Shown here piece by piece: positions 19,307-29,963 of a stretch of 64,000 bases of DNA. Every line of letters begins with the position of its first letter. Within the stretch, counting starts at the first letter, position 1. Below the pieces are notes generated by a model, which was not told the origin of the DNA, made no database searches, and worked only from the letters and a program-made list of their open reading frames with translations. This stretch comes from an uncultured Gemmatimonadales bacterium (GTDB taxonomy: Bacteria; Gemmatimonadota; Gemmatimonadetes; Gemmatimonadales; GWC2-71-9). A program made the translations under genes and the position numbers. The stretch covers positions 64,001 through 128,000 of the forward strand of contig CAWJMT010000036.1 in the NCBI GenBank assembly GCA_963844035.1, read 5' to 3'.

Positions 19307-20386
19307 ATGACCAGCCCAGCGTTCGGCCGCTTCTTCCTCCCCGGTCCCACCGATGTCCATCCCGATGTGCTTGCGGCCATGGAGCGGCCCATGATCGGGC
19401 ACCGCTCGAGCGCGATGGAGCAGCTCATGGGCGGCATGGCGGCGCCGCTTGGCCGGCTGTTCCGCACGTCTCGTCCGGTGCTCGTCGGTACCGCCTCGGC
19501 AACGGGGTTCATGGAGATGGCCGTCCGCAACGGCGTGGCGCGCCGCGCCCTCTCCCTCGTGAACGGCGCGTTCAGCGAGCGATTCGCCGACATGGTCGGC
19601 GCTTCTGGGAAGGAGTGCATCCGGCTCGAGGTGCCGCTCGGGAGCGCCGTGGAGCCTGACCTGCTGCGGGACGCGTTGCGCCGCACGCCGGTCGACGCCG
19701 TCACGCTCGTACACTCGGAGACCTCGACGGGCGTGCTGCAGGACGTCGCGGCGCTCGCCGCCGTGGTTCGAGAGTTCGACAACGTGCTCCTGCTTGTGGA
19801 CGCGGTCACATCGCTTGCCGGCTCCCCGGTCGAGCACGATCGCTGGGGCCTGGACTTCACGTTCACCGGCTCGCAAAAGGCGCTCGCCCTCCCGCCCGGC
19901 CTGGCGCTCGGCGTGGCCTCCGAGCGGATGCTCGAGCGGGCGAAAACCCTGCACGGGCGGGGCCTGTATTTCGACCTGGTGAGCTTCGAAGAAGCGACGC
20001 GGAAATCGCAGCCCACCAACACTCCCGCTCTCTCACTGTTTTACGCGCTCGAGGCGCAGCTTGCCCGCATCGAGCGGGAAGGCGGCGTCGAGGCCCGCTG
20101 GCAACGCCACGACGCGATGCGCCGGCGGGTGGAGGCGTGGAGCGAGCCGCACGGCGTCCGCTATGTCCCCCCCGAAGGGCGACGCAGCTGGACCGTGTCG
20201 TGCCTCCAGGTGCCCGCAGGGAAGAAATCGCAGGAGATCGTTGGCGCGCTGCAAAAGAAGGGCTGGACCATCGGCGGCGGGTACGGGGCCTTGAAAGACA
20301 AGACGATCCGCATCGGCCACATGGGGGATCACACGGTCGCGGCGCTCGACGAGCTGCTGGCCTTGGTCGCGCAGACGCTTGTATGA
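19307..20386 (+). CDS. Class V PLP aminotransferase (serine-pyruvate/alanine-glyoxylate type; likely acts as phosphoserine aminotransferase)
   Basis: LPGPT, HSETSTG, VDAVTS, GSQKALALPPG, IRIGHMG; ATGA-coupled to serA. Confidence 0.88.
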   Translation: MTSPAFGRFFLPGPTDVHPDVLAAMERPMIGHRSSAMEQLMGGMAAPLGRLFRTSRPVLVGTASATGFMEMAVRNGVARRALSLVNGAFSERFADMVGASGKECIRLEVPLGSAVEPDLLRDALRRTPVDAVTLVHSETSTGVLQDVAALAAVVREFDNVLLLVDAVTSLAGSPVEHDRWGLDFTFTGSQKALALPPGLALGVASERMLERAKTLHGRGLYFDLVSFEEATRKSQPTNTPALSLFYALEAQLARIEREGGVEARWQRHDAMRRRVEAWSEPHGVRYVPPEGRRSWTVSCLQVPAGKKSQEIVGALQKKGWTIGGGYGALKDKTIRIGHMGDHTVAALDELLALVAQTLV

Positions 20387-21978
20387 CCCTGCGCGTCGTG
20401 GTGGCCGACCGGGTGGCCAAGGCCGGGCTCGCGGAGCTCGAGGGATCGGCGGAAATCGAAGTCGCCAACGTCGCGGGGCAGCCGCGCGACGAGCTGCTGC
20501 GGGCCCTCGCGGGGGCGCACGCTCTTATCGTGCGGAGCGAAACGCGCGTGACGGCGGAGTTGCTGGCCCAGGCGCCGCACCTGCGAGTGATCGCTCGCGC
20601 AGGGACGGGCGTGGACAACATCGATGTCCACGCCGCCACCCGCCGGGGTGTGGCCGTCATGAATGCGCCCGGCGCCAACACCGTCAGCGCCGCCGAGCAC
20701 GCCATGGCGCTGCTGCTCGCCCTGGTGCGCCGTATCCCCGGCGCAGTGGAATCCATGCGCCGCGGCGAGTGGGATCGGAAGCGGTTCGAGGGTAGTGAGC
20801 TGCGCGGCAAGACGATGGGCATCGTCGGCCTGGGGAGAATCGGCGGGCAGGTCGCGCAGTTGGCGCGGGCGTTCGGCATGCAGCTCGTGGGCCACGATCC
20901 CTTTCTCACACCCGAGCGTGCGGCCGAGCTTCAGGCGAAGCTGGTGCCGCTGGAGCAGCTCCTCCAGGTCGCGGACGTGGTCACGCTCCACATGGCTGCC
21001 ACCGAACAGACGCATCACCTGATCAACGCCGAGCGTCTGAAGTTGATGAGGCCGACCGCCGTACTGATCAACACTGCGCGCGGGGAGCTCGTGGATGAGG
21101 CTGCGCTCGCGGAGGCGGTCCGGTCCGGCCAGATCGCAGGCGCCGCGGTGGATGTGTTCGCGGTCGAGCCCCTCGCCGCCGACTCACCGCTCCGCAACAT
21201 CGATCGCCTGATCCTCACGCCGCACCTGGCGGCTTCCACGGCCGAAGCGCAGGAGCGGGTCAGCATCGAGACGTGCGCAGCGGTGCGGGAGGCGCTTCTC
21301 CAGGGCGACCTGTCGTTCGCGATCAACGTGGCGGGGATCAGCGGGAGTGCGCTGCGGCGCCTCGGGCCCCTCCTGGATCTGTCTCGCCGGCTCGGCAGGC
21401 TGGCGCTGTCCCTCGCTCCCGCGCCTACGAAGGCGATCGAGGTAGCGTTCGGGGGTGAGGACGAGACCGCCGTTCGGCCCGTGCTTCTGGCGGCCCTCGA
21501 GGGACTCCTCTCGGCCATGGGTGTGGACCCGGTGAGTCTGGTGAATGCACAGATGATCGCCGAGGACCGCGGCATCCGCCACGCCCGCAAGACGACCGCG
21601 CCCGAGCCCGGGTTCGAGACCACGGTGAGCATCGTGTTGGAAACCGCGGAGGGACAGGTGCGCGTCGCCGGAGCGTTGGTCGGCGACAGCCACGGCCGCG
21701 TGATCCGGATCGACGACTATCACGTGGACGTCGCACCGGAAGGGTGGATGCTGGTGATCCGCAACCGGGACGTGCCCGGCGTGATCGGCAATGTGGGGAC
21801 GCTGCTTGGCGGGGCGGGGATCAATATCGGGAGCTACCACCAGGCGAGGCTCGCCGTGCCCGGCAAAGAGGCCCTCGCGGCAATCACCGTCGATCAGCCG
21901 CCCACCGATACCGTCATGCGTGCGCTGGAACGTGTGCCCGACGTGGTGCTGGTGCGGCTGGCGCAGCTAGGAGACTAG
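20383..21978 (+). CDS. serA: D-3-phosphoglycerate dehydrogenase (long form with ASB and ACT domains)
   Basis: IVRSET, RAGTGVDNID, GLGRIG, INTARG, TPHLAAST, NRDVPGVIG. Confidence 0.95.
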   Translation: MTLRVVVADRVAKAGLAELEGSAEIEVANVAGQPRDELLRALAGAHALIVRSETRVTAELLAQAPHLRVIARAGTGVDNIDVHAATRRGVAVMNAPGANTVSAAEHAMALLLALVRRIPGAVESMRRGEWDRKRFEGSELRGKTMGIVGLGRIGGQVAQLARAFGMQLVGHDPFLTPERAAELQAKLVPLEQLLQVADVVTLHMAATEQTHHLINAERLKLMRPTAVLINTARGELVDEAALAEAVRSGQIAGAAVDVFAVEPLAADSPLRNIDRLILTPHLAASTAEAQERVSIETCAAVREALLQGDLSFAINVAGISGSALRRLGPLLDLSRRLGRLALSLAPAPTKAIEVAFGGEDETAVRPVLLAALEGLLSAMGVDPVSLVNAQMIAEDRGIRHARKTTAPEPGFETTVSIVLETAEGQVRVAGALVGDSHGRVIRIDDYHVDVAPEGWMLVIRNRDVPGVIGNVGTLLGGAGINIGSYHQARLAVPGKEALAAITVDQPPTDTVMRALERVPDVVLVRLAQLGD

Positions 21979-21994
21979 GGCGGGAAACGGGCAG

Positions 21995-23041
21995 CTAGAA
22001 GGCGACCGCCGCCTGTATCACCCCTTCGTTGACCGATCCCTCCAGGTCCGTCTCCCGGTGCCGGTACTCGACTTTGATCTGCGCGGTCGCGGCGAAATCG
22101 TATCGGGCGCCGACCACGACGAGCTGCTCGTCGTCGGCGACGTAGTAGGGGCCGGCCGGGTCGAAGATGAGCCCATCGTAGCGCGCATAGGGCACGAACT
22201 TCCCGAGCCTAAAGCCCGCGTAACCGTAGAATGCATCGGTGGCGGTCGTGGCCCCGCCCGCGGTGGGAGCGTGGGTGATATGCTGGTACTCCCCGAGCAG
22301 TTCCAATGCGTTCCCAAAATACACGGCGTACCCACCGAACATTTGCTGCGTGAGCCCGGCCAGGACGGTATCGCCGGGGGTGAGGGGCGCGTCGACGGGA
22401 GCCCCGTAGACTCGGGGGGTGCCTTGGGCGATGTGATCGTTGTAGTAGTTGACCCCAACCTTGAGGGCATGGGTGACCTGAGAATGCAGGGCGAGGGTCA
22501 CCGACTTGGGCGAATCGTTGTCGTCGATGGGCGTCGAGCCGATCCCGTTGCCGATCATCGCGTCGAAGCCCAGGTGGAGCGCGGTGAGGTCACGGCCCGC
22601 GACCAGCAGCCCGGTCGTGTGGATTGGGAGAATCCCGCCGTCGTCCTCGAACAGATACATATCCGGCCGCTCGATGGTCGGCTGCATGAGCGCCCCGTGG
22701 TGGTATGCGTTGTTCCAATACCCGAAGGGCGTGTGGTGTTTTCCGACCGCGATCTGGATGTGGCTGCTGGGGCGATAGGAGATGATGAGGCGCTCCACGT
22801 CGACCACGAAGTCCCCGTCGAATTCAAATACGGTCTCTCCCAAGAACGACCACTTGGGTGCCAGTGCCGACGTGATGTACAGGTCGTATTGGCCGAGCGC
22901 GAAGTGCGGATTTGCTCCGTCAGCGTCGGATGCCGCGGCGATGACGTCGGTGAAGCCCCTGATCTGGGTGTCTTGAGCGGGCGCGCCACGCGCGGCAAGC
23001 GCCAGCGCGAGGAGCAGCACGATGCCTCGGAGTGTGCTCAT
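21995..23041 (-). CDS. Outer-membrane porin-like beta-barrel
   Basis: Signal peptide, GKHHTPFGYWN, C-terminal QAAVAF. Confidence 0.75.
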   Translation of the reverse strand: MSTLRGIVLLLALALAARGAPAQDTQIRGFTDVIAAASDADGANPHFALGQYDLYITSALAPKWSFLGETVFEFDGDFVVDVERLIISYRPSSHIQIAVGKHHTPFGYWNNAYHHGALMQPTIERPDMYLFEDDGGILPIHTTGLLVAGRDLTALHLGFDAMIGNGIGSTPIDDNDSPKSVTLALHSQVTHALKVGVNYYNDHIAQGTPRVYGAPVDAPLTPGDTVLAGLTQQMFGGYAVYFGNALELLGEYQHITHAPTAGGATTATDAFYGYAGFRLGKFVPYARYDGLIFDPAGPYYVADDEQLVVVGARYDFAATAQIKVEYRHRETDLEGSVNEGVIQAAVAF

Positions 23042-23066
23042 GCGTGGTCCCTTTCCTCGCTCCACC

Positions 23067-23579
23067 TCAGCGCAACCTGTACGCCGGGTCGGATGGCGCT
23101 CGGCCATCGATGGTTACGACCTTCACCGTCTGATCCACCGCTGCCAGGTCGATGAAGGCCAGCGCGCCCGGGTGCTCCGCGACAAACCGGTTGAGCTCTG
23201 ACCCGCTGGCGATAGCCTTGGGCGGCGTGACGTCCTGTCCCTGAAACACCAACTCCATCCAGTGCCGCCGGAAGCGGTCGCTGGTCATCCCAAGGGCCGT
23301 AAGAAAAAATGCGGCTTCGGCGGTAGGATAGGTCACCAGGGCAACACGCACGCGGTTGGGAAAGGTGACGGACTGCCCGAGGTACAGACGCTGCAGGTCT
23401 GACAGCGGGAGGTTCTGCATGGGATTCGCCCGGTTCACGATCACCGCGACCTGGGCGTCGGCCGCCGCCGGCGACGCAGCCACGGCGAGCGGAAGGAAGA
23501 CGAGCAAGGCTCCGAGGCGCCGGACGGCGCTCCGTGCGACACCTCCATTGAGCAGCACTGGGGTCGTCACGGGGCACAC
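23067..23579 (-). CDS. PstS-like single-domain periplasmic binding protein (start uncertain)
   Basis: AQVAVIVNRANP...DLQRLYLG...FVAEHPGALAFID...VKVVTIDG. Confidence 0.75.
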   Translation of the reverse strand: MCPVTTPVLLNGGVARSAVRRLGALLVFLPLAVAASPAAADAQVAVIVNRANPMQNLPLSDLQRLYLGQSVTFPNRVRVALVTYPTAEAAFFLTALGMTSDRFRRHWMELVFQGQDVTPPKAIASGSELNRFVAEHPGALAFIDLAAVDQTVKVVTIDGRAPSDPAYRLR

Positions 23580-23607
23580 GATACGCAATGGTCCCCCCGG
23601 ATGCAAC

Positions 23608-25669
23608 CTAGTCCGCGGCGGCCTCGCGTGCCGGGTCATGCTCCCCCGCCAGCAGCCGGAACGACTGAACGGCACCGGTGAGCCGGTCGGCCGCCTCGGC
23701 GAGCTGGTTCGCGGACGACGCGACCTCTTGGGTTGAGGCGGTCTGCTGCTCACTCGACGCCGCGATCTCCTGAGTCGCCGCGAGCAATCCCATCGGTGCC
23801 CTCGGCCACGCTCTGGAGTCGGGCAGCGATCTCTTCTACGAGCGCCCGGACCTCGCCGGTCGAATTGGCGATCTCACGCCCCCAGGCATCGTTGGCTTCA
23901 GCCTCGGCCGCGACGCTGGCGAGTCCCTGCGCGGCCGTCTGCGCCGCCTCCCGCGCCGCGGCGCTGCCCTGCGCGAGCTGGATGAGGCGGTTCCGCGTCC
24001 CCTGCACACGCGCGAGAACCCCTCGTACCGTGTCCGCCGTCTCGCCGGCCGCAGCGGTCGTGACTGACGCGAGCTTGCGGACCTCGTCCGCCACCACCGC
24101 AAAGCCGCGGCCCTGTGGCCCCGCGCGGGCGGCTTCGATGGCGGCATTGAGTGCCAGCATGTTGGTCTGCGTCGCCACCGCTTTCGCCTGCTTGACGAAA
24201 CGCTGAATCTCGGTGGACGCTGTCGCCAGAGCTTCCGCCTCGGCGGCTCCCTTGCTCACCTCGTCGGCGAGCTTGGAGAGCTCCGCGGTGCTCTCGTCCA
24301 GCACCTCTTTGTTGCGTCGCGCCAGGGTCGTGAGGTTGCTGTTGCGGCGGACCGAATCCGCCGCCCCCGCGGCCAGGATCGTGATGATCTGCAGGATCTT
24401 CTGCGCGTCGTCCGCTCCGGCCCGCACCATCTGGGCCTGCTCGGCGGCCCGACGGGACAGGTCCTGACACGTGGCCGACATCTGCTCCGTGGACGCGCTC
24501 ATCTCTTGGGTGGACGCGGAAATCTCCGCCGCCATAGCGGCCGCTTCGTCCGCCGCCGTACGGATGGCGCCGACGAGCCGGCGCAGCGCGACGACCATCC
24601 CCTGCACGGAGTTGAGCAATCCTCCTACCTCAACGTCCTCATCCGTGCGGCTTCCGATGGTGACGGATAGGTCGCCTCCCGCAACGCGGCTCGCGGCGGC
24701 GCCAGCCGCGCGGATCGGCCGGGTCACGCGCTCGTGGAGCCATCGCCCGCGCCGCCACAACAGCACCATCGTCAGCACCAGCAGCCCCAACGAGCTGAGC
24801 CAGATTGACCGGCGCGTGGCTCGCACCGCTGCATAGGCGCGGCTCGTCGGTTGCCGGAACAACACCCTCCACGCGCCCTTGTTGGTCAGGATCGAAACGA
24901 CCAACTCTGGTCCGCGGGACGTGGACACGATCGCCGTCGAGGACTTTTCGTCCTGGGGGATGACGCTCCACTCCGGGAGCGGTTGGAGCAGACGGGAGGC
25001 GTCTGGAGTGACGATCAGGCGACCCCCGCCGTCCACGACCTGCAGGTAGGCGCTGTCGCCGAGATCGGCCACTGCGAGCAGCCACGCCAGCTTGTCCAGC
25101 GCGAACCCGGCGCGCAGCACGCCCAGGGGCCGCCCGCCACCCGCGGGCCGGACTGCCACCGCGTATTCGATGGAGGCTGCCGCCGCGCTCGAGTCGTAGC
25201 GCGGCGCGCTCTCGAACGTTCCGTCGCGCATCGCGGCCTTCCACCATGTCTCCTGCGAGTTGTCGAGGCGCTCCGGCGGACTCGAACCGACTACGGCGAA
25301 GCCGCGGCTTTCGGTGAGGAGGATCTCGCTGATGTCGGAGTGCTGCGGGTACTCCCGGAGGAACGCCTGGAGCTCGCGACTGCCGCCGGCGCTCCGGTCG
25401 CCTGCTAGGCGGACGGCCTCGCGGGCGGCCGCGACGGTCGAGGGCGACGTGGCGAGCGCCTCGACTTCGTGCCGGCGCTCGCGCATGTAGCTCGAAGCGA
25501 GCGCGGCAACCCGGCTACTGACTTCCACTCCCCGCTCATTGGCGAGATGCTCGAGGGTCCGCCGGGCGGCGTCGCCTCCGATAACTGCCAGAGCCGCCAC
25601 GAGTAGCGCGGCGACCGCCGTCCCTTTGAGGAGGAAGCTCGACCGGAGTTGCTGGAACCAGAGCGCCAT
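23608..25669 (-). CDS. Methyl-accepting chemotaxis protein with Cache-like sensor and HAMP (frameshift near 23790)
   Basis: [17 protein letters not shown]...[14 protein letters not shown]-terminus continues in ORF 23608-23793. Confidence 0.9.
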
Positions 25670-25736
25670 GAGGGCTGAAGTCGCTAAGGTATGGCGGGTT
25701 ACACACGGGGGCAAGTCCGCTTAATTTCAAGCACTT

Positions 25737-28145
25737 ATGGGAAACATGCCGACGTACGACCCGGCCACCGTCGAGACTGCCTGGCAGGCGCGCTGGGAGC
25801 GTGACCGCACCAACGAGCCGGAGCTCGACCACCCGCGCCGCCCGTTCTACAACCTCATGATGTTCCCCTACCCGTCGGCGGAGGGGCTCCACGTCGGTAA
25901 CATGTTTGCCTTCACGGGCGCCGACATCTACGGGCGGTTCAAGCGCCTGCAGGGCTACGACGTGTTCGAGCCGATCGGCTTCGATGCGTTCGGCATCCAC
26001 TCCGAGAACTACGCCCTCAACATCGGCGCGCACCCCGCACGTCTCATTCCTCAGAACATCGCCACGTTCCGGCGGCAGCTGCGCCGGTTCGGGGGGATGT
26101 TCGACTGGCGGCACGAGCTCTCCACGACCGACCCGGCCTACTACAAGTGGACCCAGTGGCTGTTCCTCCAGCTCTTCAAGGCCGGGCTGGCCGTTCGCAA
26201 AAAGGCCGCCGTGAACTGGTGCCCGAGCTGCAAGACCGTGATCGCCAACGAGCAGGTGATCGACGGCTACTGCGAGCGCCATCCGGACGTCAAAGTCGAG
26301 CAGCGATTTCTCGAGCAATGGTTCTTCGCCATCACACGCTACGCCGAGCGGCTGCTCAACAACCTCGACACCCTTGACTGGTCGGCCAGTACCATCGCCA
26401 TGCAGCGCAACTGGATCGGCCGGAGCGAAGGGGCCGAGCTGGTGTTCGAGACCCCGGCGGGGGAAAAGATCACCGTCTTCACGACGCGGCCCGACACGGT
26501 GTTCGGAGCCACCTACATGGTGCTGGCGCCGGAGCACCCGCTTGTGGATGCACTGACCGCGGTGGAACAGCGTTCCGCCGTGCGGGCCTACCAGCGGCAA
26601 GTCGCCGCGAAAGACATCGTCGCTCGCAAGGTCGGCGACAGGACCAAAACCGGCGTCTTCATCGGCTCGTACGCCCGGAACCCGGCGACCGGCGAGGCGA
26701 TACCGATCTGGATTGCCGACTACGTGCTGATGGAGTACGGGACCGGCGCGATCATGGCGGTGCCGGCTCACGACGCGCGCGACTTCGAGTTTGCCGCTCA
26801 GTTCGGGCTCCCCGTACGGCAGGTCGTAGGCCCCGCGGGGGACGTGCTGCCGCTCGAGTCGGAAGACGGCGCGCTGATCAACTCCGGTGAGTTCGATGGA
26901 GTCCCCTGCCAGGAGGCGAAGGCGCGAATTGTGGCCTCGCTCGCGAGCCGCGGGCTGGGAACGGCCCGCGTGCAGTTCCGACTCCATGACTGGTGCATCT
27001 CCCGCCAGCGCTACTGGGGACCACCGATCCCGATCATCTATTGTGAGCGGTGCGGGCCGGTGGGCGTCCCGGAAAAGGATCTGCCGGTCGAGCTCCCCTT
27101 CATCGACGATTTCCGCCCCGATGACACCGGCGTAAGCCCGCTGGCTCGCCACCGCGAGTGGTACTTCGTGAAGTGCCCGCAATGCGGCGGGGAGGGCCGG
27201 CGTGAGACCGACGTGTCGGACACCTTCCTCGACTCGTCCTGGTACTTCCTGCGCTACCCGTCGTCAGAGGTCGACGGGCGCCCCTGGGATCCGCAGCGCA
27301 CCAAGACCTGGCTCCCGGTCAGCACGTACATCGGCGGGAACGAACACGCGGTGCTGCACCTGCTGTACTCCCGGTTCATCACGATGGTGCTGCACGAGCT
27401 CGGGCACGTGGAGTTCGAAGAGCCATTCCCGAAGCTGCGGGCTCACGGGCTCATCATCAAAGACGGCGCGAAGATGTCCAAGTCACGGGGCAACGTCGTG
27501 GTGCCGGACGCGTTCATCCAAAAGTGGGGTGCCGACACGTTCCGGATGTATCTCATGTTTCTCGGGCCGTTCCGCGAGGGCGGCGACTTCCGTGACGAGG
27601 GGATCACGGGCGTGCGGCGTTTCCTGGACAAGGTGTGGGCCCTCGTCCACGATGCCGAGCAGGCGCCGCCGCAGGCGCTCTCGGCCGCCGTCGAGCGGAA
27701 GCTGCACCAGACCATCCTCAAGGTGACCACGGATACCGAGAGCCTCGACTACAACACGGCGATCGCGGCGATGATGGAGTACGTGAACCTGTTGCGGGAA
27801 GAAGGCGCGGCACAGCGCGCTGCCGTCGAGCCCCTGGTGGTGATGCTCGCGCCCTTTGCCCCGCATATCGCCGAAGAGCTCTGGGCCCACCTGGGGCACG
27901 CGCCGTCCGTCTTCCGGGCCGCCTGGCCCGTCTACGACGAGCGGCGTGCCGCGTCGGGTGAAGTGGAGATCGTGGTGCAGGTGAATGGGAAGGTGCGCGG
28001 GCGCCTGACGGTCGCGCGCGGCACCACCGAGCCCGACGTACTGGCGCGCGCGTTGGGGGACGATGCGGTGCGCCGGTTCATCGATGGCATGCCGATGAAA
28101 AAGACGATCTTCGTCCCGGACCGCCTGCTGAACCTGGTGGTTTAG
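25737..28145 (+). CDS. leuS: Leucine--tRNA ligase
   Basis: MFPYPS..LHVGN, WIGRSEG, FTTRPDT, GTGAIMAVPAHD, KMSKS, VQVNGKVR. Confidence 0.97.
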   Translation: MGNMPTYDPATVETAWQARWERDRTNEPELDHPRRPFYNLMMFPYPSAEGLHVGNMFAFTGADIYGRFKRLQGYDVFEPIGFDAFGIHSENYALNIGAHPARLIPQNIATFRRQLRRFGGMFDWRHELSTTDPAYYKWTQWLFLQLFKAGLAVRKKAAVNWCPSCKTVIANEQVIDGYCERHPDVKVEQRFLEQWFFAITRYAERLLNNLDTLDWSASTIAMQRNWIGRSEGAELVFETPAGEKITVFTTRPDTVFGATYMVLAPEHPLVDALTAVEQRSAVRAYQRQVAAKDIVARKVGDRTKTGVFIGSYARNPATGEAIPIWIADYVLMEYGTGAIMAVPAHDARDFEFAAQFGLPVRQVVGPAGDVLPLESEDGALINSGEFDGVPCQEAKARIVASLASRGLGTARVQFRLHDWCISRQRYWGPPIPIIYCERCGPVGVPEKDLPVELPFIDDFRPDDTGVSPLARHREWYFVKCPQCGGEGRRETDVSDTFLDSSWYFLRYPSSEVDGRPWDPQRTKTWLPVSTYIGGNEHAVLHLLYSRFITMVLHELGHVEFEEPFPKLRAHGLIIKDGAKMSKSRGNVVVPDAFIQKWGADTFRMYLMFLGPFREGGDFRDEGITGVRRFLDKVWALVHDAEQAPPQALSAAVERKLHQTILKVTTDTESLDYNTAIAAMMEYVNLLREEGAAQRAAVEPLVVMLAPFAPHIAEELWAHLGHAPSVFRAAWPVYDERRAASGEVEIVVQVNGKVRGRLTVARGTTEPDVLARALGDDAVRRFIDGMPMKKTIFVPDRLLNLVV

Positions 28146-29278
28146 AGGACCCGGGCAACCAGCTCGCCGACCAGGTAGCCGACACCGGCGACTCCAACCC
28201 CTACCACGAACATGTCGGTCCCGCTGCGAATCAGCCCGCGGCCCGTGAACAGGCTGCGCGCAGCACCGACCGCGAAGTGCGAGACCATGGCGATGGCGAA
28301 CGCCGTCCACGCCGCCGTCGGACCGTCGAGCACCAGAAAGGGCGCGACCGGAATGAACGCGCCGATCGCCGTTGCGCCTCCCGTGAGCCAGCCCTCCTTG
28401 AGCGGCGTTGAGTGCGCCTCGCCGATCTTCAGCTCCTCGCGTACCTGCTCCCCCAGGGCACGCTGTGGATCGCGCATCACTTCTTCGGACATCCGCCGCG
28501 CGGTGCGCGGGTCAACACCCTTGGCCTGGTACAGGAGGGCCAGCTCCTCCTCCTCGACCTCGGGCATGATCCGGATCTCTTCTTTTTCCATCTCGATCTC
28601 GTGGGCGTACACTTCCTGCTCGCTTTTCGCAGCGAGGTACCCGGACGAGCCCATCGACAGTGCATCCGCGATCATCCCCGCAATTCCGGAAACCAGGATG
28701 ACGTGCGGCGCCACGCCGGCACCGATCACGCCCGCCACGAGACCGAAGTTCGCCGTCAGCCCATCATTGAAGCCGTACACGACGTTCCGCAGGAAGCCGC
28801 CCGACCCGGTTTGATGCCAGGGCTCCGCCCCGCGCCCAGCGAGGCTCGCCAGGGTGCCGGCGTGCTCGGCCGACTCCTTCGCGAGGGTGAGCGAGACCTG
28901 GCGGGCGTCCTTCGCGTGCGACGCCGCGTGCATGTCCATGTATCCCTTCACCTCCCGCCCCTCCTCCCGCAACAAGACGGGCAGCAGGTACTGCGGGCCG
29001 AATCGTCGACCCAGCCACGCCATGACCACGGCCTTGAGTGACGGCGCGACCCGCGTAGGAACGGGATGGCCGTTGTCGGCGAGCAGCTTCTCCCACATCT
29101 CGGTGTGACGTCGCTCGACGGCCGCAAGCTGGCGGTAGATTTCCTGTTTTCCGGGGTCGGGTTCCTCCGCGGCGAGGGCGACGTAGAGGTAGGCCGCGTC
29201 GTACTCGTCCTGCCAGTGGTGGCGCCACTTGTGCAGGGTCGGTCGGTCGGGCGCGGTGGTGAGCGCGGGATGGGACAT
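28142..29278 (-). CDS. VIT1/CCC1 family Fe/Mn transporter with N-terminal rubrerythrin-like domain
   Basis: DEYDAAYLY...ERRH, LRNVVYGFNDGL, ALSMGSSGY. Confidence 0.88.
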   Translation of the reverse strand: MSHPALTTAPDRPTLHKWRHHWQDEYDAAYLYVALAAEEPDPGKQEIYRQLAAVERRHTEMWEKLLADNGHPVPTRVAPSLKAVVMAWLGRRFGPQYLLPVLLREEGREVKGYMDMHAASHAKDARQVSLTLAKESAEHAGTLASLAGRGAEPWHQTGSGGFLRNVVYGFNDGLTANFGLVAGVIGAGVAPHVILVSGIAGMIADALSMGSSGYLAAKSEQEVYAHEIEMEKEEIRIMPEVEEEELALLYQAKGVDPRTARRMSEEVMRDPQRALGEQVREELKIGEAHSTPLKEGWLTGGATAIGAFIPVAPFLVLDGPTAAWTAFAIAMVSHFAVGAARSLFTGRGLIRSGTDMFVVGVGVAGVGYLVGELVARVL

Positions 29279-29423
29279 AGTCGAAAGATACCCTCTATGC
29301 ATGCAAGTGACTAGTTCTCAACCGGTTACGGACATGCGGGGCGGCGGGACACCCGTACGCACCGGCCGCTATCTTCCAAACGCAGCGACGTTCCGTGGCG
29401 GATTCGCATCGTATTGATAGGAG

Positions 29424-29963
29424 ATGACTATCTCGCTCGCCGTCCCGGACATCCTGATCGCTCGTGCCAAGTCGGGGGACGTCGAGGCGCTCGAAGCATT
29501 GTACCGCGCCTTCGAAACACCCGTCTACAACCTGGCTCGGCGCATCCTCCGGAATGAGGAGGATGCGGAGGATGTCTTGCAGGAGACGTTTCTCGAGGTC
29601 GTGCGCAGCATTCGCGCGTACCGTGGCGAGGGACATCTTTGGGGCTGGATTCGCCGCATCGCGGCGTCCAAAGCTCTCATGCGCATCCGCAAGGATCACG
29701 TTCGTTCCGAGGAGGCGTTCGACGAAGAGACGGTGGAAGGCACCCCGGCAGTCGGGGTGCCGGCGCACATCGATCTCGAGCGGGCGATGGCGCGATTGAG
29801 CGAGACGTCGCGCGCGGTGGTGTGGATGCACGACGTCGAGGGATACACGCACGAAGAGATCGCGGAGATGATGGGCAAGACCGTGAGTTTTTCCAAATCT
29901 CAGCTCGCGCGGGCGCACACGCGGCTCCGGCGCTACTTGGAAGGAGAAGGGATCACCCGATGA
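29424..29963 (+). CDS. ECF RNA polymerase sigma factor
   Basis: DAEDVLQETF, WIRRIA, HDVEGYTHEEIAEMMG...SKSQLARA; AGGAG SD. Confidence 0.92.
   Translation: MTISLAVPDILIARAKSGDVEALEALYRAFETPVYNLARRILRNEEDAEDVLQETFLEVVRSIRAYRGEGHLWGWIRRIAASKALMRIRKDHVRSEEAFDEETVEGTPAVGVPAHIDLERAMARLSETSRAVVWMHDVEGYTHEEIAEMMGKTVSFSKSQLARAHTRLRRYLEGEGITR

Noticed and set aside
25670..25745. T-box or leader attenuator for leuS
   Set aside because: Under 80 nt between divergent starts; no room and no motif
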